Positions 57,645-64,000 of a stretch of DNA of 64,000 nt are shown here, one piece after another. Within the stretch, counting starts at the first letter, position 1, and each line of letters opens with the position of its first letter. The position numbers were made by a program, and so were the translations under genes. Under the pieces are notes generated by a model. The model had not been told where the DNA came from and did not search any database. It saw only the letters and a list, made by a program, of their open reading frames with translations. Source of the DNA: Thermodesulfobacteriota bacterium (GTDB lineage Bacteria; Desulfobacterota; RBG-13-43-22); NCBI GenBank assembly GCA_040755035.1, contig JBFMBU010000313.1, positions 3,763 through 67,762 on the forward strand, read 5' to 3'.

Positions 57645-59663
57645 TTATTGGGGCTTGTTCAAGAGCAGGTCCATTTTCTTCATATCCTTGGTCACGCCAT
57701 CCAACCGATGGATATAAATCGAGGTCAGGTTCTCGGCCTCCTGTTGATTGCGGATCACCTTGGGGGTGAGGAGAAGAACGATTTCGGACCTTGATTTTTC
57801 CCTGGTGGTTGATCCGAACAGGTACCCTAACAAAGGAATTTTGCTCAGCCAGGGGATCCCTCCCCGGGTAGTATCCGTTTTATCTCTGATCAGTCCTCCA
57901 ATAACAATGGTCTGACCGTCCTGGACCACCAGATTGGTTTTAGCCTCCCGCTTAAAGATGATCGGGTATTCCTGATCGTCATAAAGCTTCCGTAAACGGT
58001 AATCGGAAACCTCCTGGGACACTTCCAGATTAACCAGTCCGCCGTCATTAATTAAAGGGGTTATTTCCAACATGGTGCCGGTGTCTTTATATTGGATGGT
58101 CCTTTGGATTTGGGTCGTGCCGGTAATATTGGTTTCGGAGGTGACGATGGGGATCTGGTCGCCGATCTGTATCTTGGCCTTGCGGTTGTCCATGGCCAGG
58201 ATATGGGGGGAGGCCAGGACGGACAGCTTGGATTCCGTGGCCAGGGTGCGTAGAAAACCCCGGATAAGGCCGGTCTTGTCGATACCCAAAAAGGTAAAGC
58301 CGGTGGTGGCGGCCGTTTCGGAAGGGGAAAAACCGAAATTGAAAAAATTGGAATCCACCTTACTTTTGACCGACCACTCCAGACCGAATTGCAGGTCATC
58401 CCCCAAAGTAATCTCGGCGATGAGGACTTCGATCATCACCTGGCGGGGGACGATATCGATCTTTCTGATGGTTTCCAGGATCAGGGCATAGTCATCCGGC
58501 GTGGCCAGAATGATCAGGGAATTGGTCACTTCATCCGGAAAGATTTTGGTGATATCGGAAACCAAGGCCTCTCCGGCGGCAGATGGGCCCAAAGTGATGC
58601 GGGATTGAACCGCCGGGGTCGTTTGCCCGCCGGCGGGAGAGGTCGGTCGGGCGGGAGTAGTAACGGTGGCCTGGGCCGGGGGGGCGGTCCGGGGGGGTGC
58701 TGCAGTTCCTAAATAAATCTGTTGCAGCAGAGCGGAGAGGTCCTTGGCCTTGCTGTTTTGGACCGGGTAGACATAGACCTGGGGTTTGATCTGCTTGAGC
58801 TGTTCGCTGTCGAATATTTCGATGAGATGGAGGAGTCGTTTCACATTGGCGTCCGTATCGACGATAATGAGATAATTGATCTTGGGCACATCGACGATAA
58901 CGGCATTGGCCGATAAAAAAGGGGTCAAAACCCGGACCATCTCCGTTGAGGAAAAATATTTGATGGGTACCACCTGCAGCAGGCCCAATCCGGACAGGGT
59001 CACCTTTTCAGGCGTTCGGCCGATGCTGACCGGTGCCGGTTCTTTGGACATGTCGGCGATGGGGATGATCCGGTACAGGCCTCCCTCTTCCACCACTCCG
59101 ATGCCATTTAAACGGAGGATGACCTCCATGAGCGGCAGGACGTCCTCCCTGCCGACCGGGGTCACCGAGCGGAAATTGACCCTTCCTTTGACCTTTGGAT
59201 CGATAATGTAATTATAGCGCAGAACCCCGCCGAATATGGTTTGAATCACGGAATAGACATCGGCATCATCGAAATTTAAGCTGATATCCCCTCTTTTAGG
59301 GGCCGGCTTTTGCTGATTGAAGGCCCCTTGACCATTTTGAACAGGGGCAGGAAGCGAAGTCCCATTCGGGGGCCCGGGTTGGGGAGGAGGGACCTTGTCG
59401 CTTCTCCCATCAACGGGTGGGGGCGGAAGGGACGGAGGCAAGGGGACAGGCGTCGGAGGAGTAGAAGAGGGCGCGCTCTGGGTTTTGGGCGGCGGCAACG
59501 GAGGGGGCATTACCTGTTGTGTTTGGGCCTGGGCAAACTCCTTGGGAAGCGGGGGTTGGGACCAGGTTGGGTGACCGAGGGCCAGCACCACAAGGCAGAG
59601 ACCAAGAAAAGCGATAAAACTACACCGGACTGCCCGCATTCCCAAAAGAATTTTCCTCCTCAA
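57645..59663 (-). CDS. gspD: Secretin GspD/PilQ family
   Basis: N0/N1 domains, a C-terminal secretin domain (VVQDGQTIVIGGLIRD...IPWLSKIPLLGYLF) and a Pro-rich N-terminal linker. Confidence 0.85.
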   Translation of the reverse strand: MRRKILLGMRAVRCSFIAFLGLCLVVLALGHPTWSQPPLPKEFAQAQTQQVMPPPLPPPKTQSAPSSTPPTPVPLPPSLPPPPVDGRSDKVPPPQPGPPNGTSLPAPVQNGQGAFNQQKPAPKRGDISLNFDDADVYSVIQTIFGGVLRYNYIIDPKVKGRVNFRSVTPVGREDVLPLMEVILRLNGIGVVEEGGLYRIIPIADMSKEPAPVSIGRTPEKVTLSGLGLLQVVPIKYFSSTEMVRVLTPFLSANAVIVDVPKINYLIIVDTDANVKRLLHLIEIFDSEQLKQIKPQVYVYPVQNSKAKDLSALLQQIYLGTAAPPRTAPPAQATVTTPARPTSPAGGQTTPAVQSRITLGPSAAGEALVSDITKIFPDEVTNSLIILATPDDYALILETIRKIDIVPRQVMIEVLIAEITLGDDLQFGLEWSVKSKVDSNFFNFGFSPSETAATTGFTFLGIDKTGLIRGFLRTLATESKLSVLASPHILAMDNRKAKIQIGDQIPIVTSETNITGTTQIQRTIQYKDTGTMLEITPLINDGGLVNLEVSQEVSDYRLRKLYDDQEYPIIFKREAKTNLVVQDGQTIVIGGLIRDKTDTTRGGIPWLSKIPLLGYLFGSTTREKSRSEIVLLLTPKVIRNQQEAENLTSIYIHRLDGVTKDMKKMDLLLNKPQ

Positions 59664-59785
59664 CGGCTAAAAATACCTTTTCTAAGCATAAAATCTTACA
59701 CTAAAAAAACCTTTTTAACAAATAAAAACTTCATCTTCTACGTTTTTTTTTAAGGGATTAGTAACAAAAGAATAAAATTAGAATA

Positions 59786-59912
59786 AAATTCTCTGCAAAA
59801 TAGAAGGAACTTATTAAAAAGAACAGACCTTGGACCCGGACCCATTGAGTTATTTTCAATATGTTTCTTGTCACCGGATCTTGATCGCGGCTGGGCCGGA
59901 TTGGGTTGTGGG
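59786..59912. repeat. Dispersed intergenic repeat family A, copy 4 (diverged)
   Basis: aaattctctgcaaaatagaagg...ggacccggacccattgag...cggctgggccggattgggttgtgg. Confidence 0.6.
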
Positions 59913-59929
59913 TTTTCGTTTTAGTAACT

Positions 59930-60001
59930 TGCAAATAGGATGGTCTCGCAAAAAGACCAATTTTGTCATTTCGAGGAGAGAAGCGACGAGAAATCTTTGA
60001 A
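59930..60001. repeat. Dispersed intergenic repeat family B, copy 2 (begins with hairpin GGTCTCGCAAAAAGACC)
   Basis: ~90% identical to 35566-35632. Confidence 0.8.
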
Positions 60002-60004
60002 GTA

Positions 60005-60052
60005 TTTTCGGAATTCCGTCTTGGTTCCGGCTGGTCCGGGCTGGGTTACGGA
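60005..60052. repeat. Repeat family A, partial copy (3' half: TTTTCGGAATTCCG...GGTTCCGGCTGGTCCGGGCTGG)
   Basis: Matches the 3' halves of the copies at 24040-24090 and 48990-49024. Confidence 0.7.
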
Positions 60053-60185
60053 TTTTTTTTCGGAGAAGAAAGTTAATCAAGGGAAAATTTTTTAAAGGTC
60101 CCGGTTTATGGGGTTATGGCCGTGCAGGGCCAGGAAGATTGTTTTTTGTTTTTAGATATCTTATGGTTATGAGATAGTCCTTTTC

Positions 60186-60220
60186 ATTTGAAAAAAAAAG
60201 GGTTCGGTGGTATAAAATAA
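60186..60220 (+). promoter_or_regulatory. Sigma-70-type promoter candidate for gspG (TTGAAA, 17 nt spacer, TATAAA)
   Basis: -35/-10 hexamers with 17-nt spacing, ~20 nt upstream of the RBS. Confidence 0.45.
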
Positions 60221-60238
60221 TAAAAAAGGAAATATCTA

Positions 60239-60673
60239 ATGCTGCCATTAAAAAGCCTTCCTTCTTCTTCTAAACAACGGGGGTTTTCCCTGATCGAACT
60301 CATGGTGGTCATGGTCATTATCGGTCTTCTGGCCGCCCTGGTTGGGCCCAGAATATTTCCCAAACTGGGTAAGGGAAAGCAGGCCACGGCCAAGGCCCAG
60401 ATCGAATTGTTGAATCAAGCCCTGGATCAGTACCGCTTGGACACCGGGGCCTATCCTTCCAGCCAGGAAGGGCTCAACGCCTTGACGACTAATCCCGGAA
60501 ATGAAAAATGGGACGGCCCATATTTAAAGAAAAAGGTCCCTGATGATCCCTGGGGGCACCCCTATGTTTACCAGATTCCCGGCAGCAACGGAGAATATGA
60601 TCTGCTCTCCTACGGCCGCGACAACAAACCGGGGGGAGAAGGGGAAGATAAGGATATCACCAATTGGGAGTGA
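60239..60673 (+). CDS. gspG: Type II secretion major pseudopilin GspG
   Basis: G|FSLIELMVVMVIIGLLAALV, AKAQI, DGPYL, DPWGHPYVY and SYGRD are all hallmark GspG motifs. Confidence 0.9.
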   Translation: MLPLKSLPSSSKQRGFSLIELMVVMVIIGLLAALVGPRIFPKLGKGKQATAKAQIELLNQALDQYRLDTGAYPSSQEGLNALTTNPGNEKWDGPYLKKKVPDDPWGHPYVYQIPGSNGEYDLLSYGRDNKPGGEGEDKDITNWE

Positions 60674-60678
60674 AGGTC

Positions 60679-61116
60679 ATGCTGCCTAAGAAAATTGCCT
60701 TTACGGCCGGGTTGCTTTGGTTGACGTTTTCATTTTTTCTTCTTTCGGGCTGCGAAGTCTCGGAGGTCAACAAGCAGGACAGCCTCTCCAGCGGAACCAC
60801 CTCCGGTTACGGGAGCAGCGGGGGTCCGGCGGCGAATATCACCCTTTATGCGGCCAACAACAATCTGGTTTCCGGGGCGACTACGACCCTGACCGTTGTC
60901 GTTACCGACGGTTCAGGGAGGCGGACCGACGCCTCGATCATCCTCACCTCTACTCGGGGGGGGACTTTTAACGGGACCGATACTACTTTGATCGGTACCA
61001 CGTCCGGAGGGGCTTTCATCGCCGATTATAAAGCAAATTACGCCGGCGATGACGAAGTGACCGCTACGGTAGCCGGTACGGCCCTCAAGGCAACGATTGT
61101 CATCTCTGTCTCTTGA
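60679..61116 (+). CDS. Lipoprotein with Ig-like (BIG-type) Thr/Gly-rich domain
   Basis: Lipobox LLSGC after a signal helix. The beta-rich TTLTVVVTDGSG...VTATVAG region resembles bacterial Ig-like domains. Confidence 0.6.
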   Translation: MLPKKIAFTAGLLWLTFSFFLLSGCEVSEVNKQDSLSSGTTSGYGSSGGPAANITLYAANNNLVSGATTTLTVVVTDGSGRRTDASIILTSTRGGTFNGTDTTLIGTTSGGAFIADYKANYAGDDEVTATVAGTALKATIVISVS

Positions 61117-61175
61117 GTTTCTTGCCTTTCGCAGGGGCTTAGATTCTTACTCGAAAAGTCTGAGGATTTATCTCT

Positions 61176-61311
61176 GATGGTCTCGCAAAAAGTCGTCGAA
61201 GGCCCATTATAGTCATTCCGGTGAAAACCGGAATCCAGTAATTTCAGCAAGATATAGACCTCTGGACCCCGGCTTTCGCCGGGGAGAAGACTTTTTGCAA
61301 GTCCATCTATT
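61176..61311. repeat. Repeat family B-related element bounded by imperfect 19-bp terminal inverted repeats (GATGGTCTCGCAAAAAGTC ... GACTTTTTGCAAGTCCATC), containing hairpin CCCCGGCTTTCGCCGGGG
   Basis: Direct reading. It has a MITE-like architecture and lies in the convergent intergenic region. Confidence 0.6.
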
Positions 61312-61321
61312 AAGATTTTTT

Positions 61322-64000
61322 TTATTCCTGCCGGTCTATTCTTTTTACTTCACCTTCATAATTATTTGAGGGGTTGTTATCCATCCGTTTTTCCCCCAGG
61401 CCTACCCTGTTTTTCCCGGCCCTTTTGGCGGCATAGAGGGCTTGATCAGCGCAACGTATAAGGCTGGTCTTGTCTGCGGCCATGGTGGGGAAAACCGCCA
61501 CCCCCAGGCTGATGGTCACCTGGAGCTTCTTGACCCCGACCGGTACGGCCATTTCTTCCACCGCACGCCTTATTTTTTCCGCGGCCGCCAGGGCCCCGTC
61601 CTGATCCGTAGCCGGTAAAAGGAGAACGAATTCTTCACCTCCGTATCTGGCCGGTAGATCCTCAGTCCGGCAGTTGGTTCTGATGGTCCCAGCCACCTGA
61701 CAAAGCACTTCGTCCCCTGAGAGATGTCCATAGGTATCGTTAATTTTTTTAAAGTTATCGATATCCATCATAACCAGGGAGAGGGGTTGGCTGTGCCGTA
61801 AGGAGCGGTGCAATTCCTGGTCGAGCAGGAAATGGAAATAGCGTTGGATATAAAGTTTGGTCAAGCCGTCGGTTGTGGCCAATTCAAAGAGACGGGCGTT
61901 TTCCAGGGAAACGGCGGCTTGGGTGGAAATGAGTTTCAGGAGTTCCAGCCTCTCAGGGGTAAAGGCATTGGGTGTAAGGTTGTTTTCCAGATAAAGGATT
62001 CCGATGGTTCGGCCTTGACCGACAATCGGAGTGCAAAGAATGGAGCGGCAGCGGTTTCTCCTGATGAAAGGATCATGGATGAAGGCCCCTTCGCGGTAAG
62101 CGTTGCCAAGGATGATGTCTTTTCCGCTGTGGTTGACATAATGAACCACGGCCAGGGAAAGATCCGCCGAGGTTTCCAGGGGAAGGGATTGCCCGACACG
62201 AATGGCCTCCGTTTCCGGCCCTCCGCAGGCTTCGAGGAAAAGATTTCCCTCCCTGGTGAGGAGAAGAAATCCGCGCTGGGCTCCGGCGTTGACCAAGGCC
62301 AACTGCATTATTTTTTTCAGGAGCTGCTCCAGAAAAATTTCGCCGGAAAGTGCCTGGGAGACCTGCAGGACCGTGTTCATATCGAGAAGGGGAAAAGGTT
62401 CCGGAGGGGCCGTCAGGAGCCGGGAGGAATCCTCAGTACCTGCGGGTTTTCCCTTAGGGAAAAAGGCTGGATACCTGGAGGCGAGATAAACCATGCTGGC
62501 TATGGAACCCCATTGTTCATAACAACGGTAGGCCAAAGTCAGCATAACACCGGCCTCAGCCTCGTTTCCGGAGTGTAAATACATTTGTCCCTTTCTTTCG
62601 CAGGCCAAGGCCTGCTCATAAAGGAATCCGTTTCGATCGGCCCCTTCGATAGCGGACTGAAAAAGTCCCAAGGCTTCCTGAAAACGCCCTTCTATGCCGG
62701 CAACCTCCGCCCGAATAAGATCCGCCTTATGTTGAAAATTTTCCGGACAAAGGGCGGCCCAGCGGGACAATTTGCTCAGGTTACGTCGGAGCAGGGCCTT
62801 GAATTTTCGCCGGCGTTTGGTTTCCCCTTCTTTTAAGAGGGCGATCAGGACCAGGGACAGATTAAAATAGTGGTCCACGATCAAGAGACTCCCTCTGGGG
62901 GCCTGGATATAGCGTTCCAGTTCCAGGGCGGTTTTTAGGGCCTCCTCAAAACGGCCGCTCCAGAGATGCAATATGACCATCGGCGATAAAGCATAGCAAA
63001 GCCCAAAGAGATTATTCTCTTTTTTCAAGTGGTCGATATAGGAAGGATAATCCAGTGTGTCGGCCTTCAACCATTGCCGGTCCGGCGGTTGTCCTTTCAA
63101 TCCCAGGATAAACTGGAAGATTTGCTGATACTGGGCGGAGATCATGGGATCATTCACTTTCCCCATAAATTCCCGATACCGCTTCAGTTCATCCAGGGTC
63201 TCATCTAAGTTATGGCTGAGCCAAACCCTTAACTGGGCAGAGGAGGTGACGCTGTGGCCGGCAAAAAGGAAATCGCCGTTATGAAGGGACGCTTCATAGG
63301 CTTGAGAAAAAAAATCAAGGTCGTATCGGGCGTGTTTTTTCCAATGTTGAATGAAAAAGGCGAAAGTATGAAATACCCGACCGGCTGTTTTACGGTTGCC
63401 CAGTTTTTTGTTGAGCTTCAAGGACATCAGTCCGAGGTGGAAGGCCGTTTCAAAATCATCCTGTTCGGTTTGGATGATGGTGGCCAAGGCCATGAAAGAT
63501 ACGGCGGAATGGGGCGTGTGGCCGTGGTGCAGGATGCTGATCACTGCCTTGAGGGTCAGCAGGGCGAACAAATTGGGACTGACATAATAGGCCGGAGTTC
63601 CGATATTGGGAAGGAGGTCATGAAGGGCCAATAAATCGGGGTCGGTCATAGGGGGCAGTTCCAGGATTCCTCCAAGGGAGGTTTTCAATACTTGCCGTTT
63701 CGCTTTGAATAAGGCCAGACGGACCGGAAGTCTTCCCACCTGGAAGGGAACATGGATCCGGAAAAGTTTTAAAGCCTCCAATCCCAGGCGGATCGCTTCT
63801 CGAGGCTGAGCGGTATTGGTCAATAAAAGAACCATGGTGTTGTAGGCGCGAACCTTGTCCCGCTTGGACACGGCCTTTTGTTTGATAATCTCAAAAAGTC
63901 TCTGAGCCTCGGAAAAATTTCTGGTTAAATATCGGCATTCCATCAGTTCGACAAAAAGGGAAAAAGTCAGCCGGTAATCCGTTTCCCAGGGGTTTTTCTC
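61322..64000 (-). CDS. Diguanylate cyclase with N-terminal TPR repeats, GAF domain and C-terminal GGDEF domain (GGEEF active site), 5' partial. The frame is open to the window end.
   Basis: RYGGEEFVLLLP, a GAF-like region, and TPR-like helices. No stop between 63943 and 64000 in frame. Confidence 0.85.
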   Translation of the reverse strand, partial: EKNPWETDYRLTFSLFVELMECRYLTRNFSEAQRLFEIIKQKAVSKRDKVRAYNTMVLLLTNTAQPREAIRLGLEALKLFRIHVPFQVGRLPVRLALFKAKRQVLKTSLGGILELPPMTDPDLLALHDLLPNIGTPAYYVSPNLFALLTLKAVISILHHGHTPHSAVSFMALATIIQTEQDDFETAFHLGLMSLKLNKKLGNRKTAGRVFHTFAFFIQHWKKHARYDLDFFSQAYEASLHNGDFLFAGHSVTSSAQLRVWLSHNLDETLDELKRYREFMGKVNDPMISAQYQQIFQFILGLKGQPPDRQWLKADTLDYPSYIDHLKKENNLFGLCYALSPMVILHLWSGRFEEALKTALELERYIQAPRGSLLIVDHYFNLSLVLIALLKEGETKRRRKFKALLRRNLSKLSRWAALCPENFQHKADLIRAEVAGIEGRFQEALGLFQSAIEGADRNGFLYEQALACERKGQMYLHSGNEAEAGVMLTLAYRCYEQWGSIASMVYLASRYPAFFPKGKPAGTEDSSRLLTAPPEPFPLLDMNTVLQVSQALSGEIFLEQLLKKIMQLALVNAGAQRGFLLLTREGNLFLEACGGPETEAIRVGQSLPLETSADLSLAVVHYVNHSGKDIILGNAYREGAFIHDPFIRRNRCRSILCTPIVGQGRTIGILYLENNLTPNAFTPERLELLKLISTQAAVSLENARLFELATTDGLTKLYIQRYFHFLLDQELHRSLRHSQPLSLVMMDIDNFKKINDTYGHLSGDEVLCQVAGTIRTNCRTEDLPARYGGEEFVLLLPATDQDGALAAAEKIRRAVEEMAVPVGVKKLQVTISLGVAVFPTMAADKTSLIRCADQALYAAKRAGKNRVGLGEKRMDNNPSNNYEGEVKRIDRQE

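Noticed and set aside
58061-59211. ORFs of 107-139 aa on both strands inside the secretin gene
   Set aside because: Embedded in the secretin CDS. Pro/Gly-rich alternative-frame translations.
1-64000. CRISPR arrays, rRNA genes, transposase or integrase genes
   Set aside because: No repeat-spacer architecture, no rRNA-like conserved blocks and no DDE or tyrosine-recombinase motifs were seen in any frame. The repeats present are short dispersed elements and 7-11-nt tandem arrays instead.

Overview
This 64 kb window looks like a bacterial chromosome segment from a Desulfobacterota/Deltaproteobacteria-type genome (moderately GC-rich, many type IV filament genes). Genes are mostly on '+' from ~10-35 kb and ~49-57 kb, and mixed elsewhere. 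About 65 protein genes and one tRNA-Lys(CTT) are supported.

Coding content: an MBL-fold hydrolase (5' partial); a TrpB-like PLP enzyme; TrmN6; DUF1015; HU; Fpg/MutM; a TrmH-family methyltransferase; a peptide/nickel-type ABC importer (binding protein, two permeases, fused double ATPase); two crotonases; the xseA-xseB-ispA-dxs operon; tlyA; an aspartate aminotransferase; panB-panE; an aconitase-family protein; a Cache sensor kinase; LptF/G; and a dGTPase-like HD protein. There are three type IV filament loci: (i) pilB-pilC-pilS followed by hisH-hisF-LbH-ATP-grasp-DUF1178-DUF374; (ii) a minus-strand pilT-pilU operon with a pseudo-receiver and a small helical protein, next to a holin-family membrane protein; (iii) a complete T2SS-like cluster gspE-F-H-I-J-K-L(PilM/N fusion)-M-C, a convergent secretin gspD, and a separate gspG. 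The window ends with a TPR-GAF-GGDEF cyclase (5' partial).

The non-coding structure is the least ordinary part. Two families of dispersed ~70-130 bp intergenic repeats occur, one in 4-5 copies and one in 3. Several short tandem arrays are present (7-, 8-, 11-mers). These include heptamer arrays (TTCRGYG and CGAGATA) embedded in frame in the ABC ATPase inter-domain linker, an inverted CGAGATA array just after that gene, and the same CGCCGAA heptamer in the leader of a pseudopilin gene. A 1.4 kb AT-rich gene-poor island carries a near-consensus sigma-54 promoter overlapped by T/A-tract palindromes. A probable frameshifted gene with a G7 tract lies next to the tRNA. No transposase, integrase, CRISPR array or rRNA is visible.
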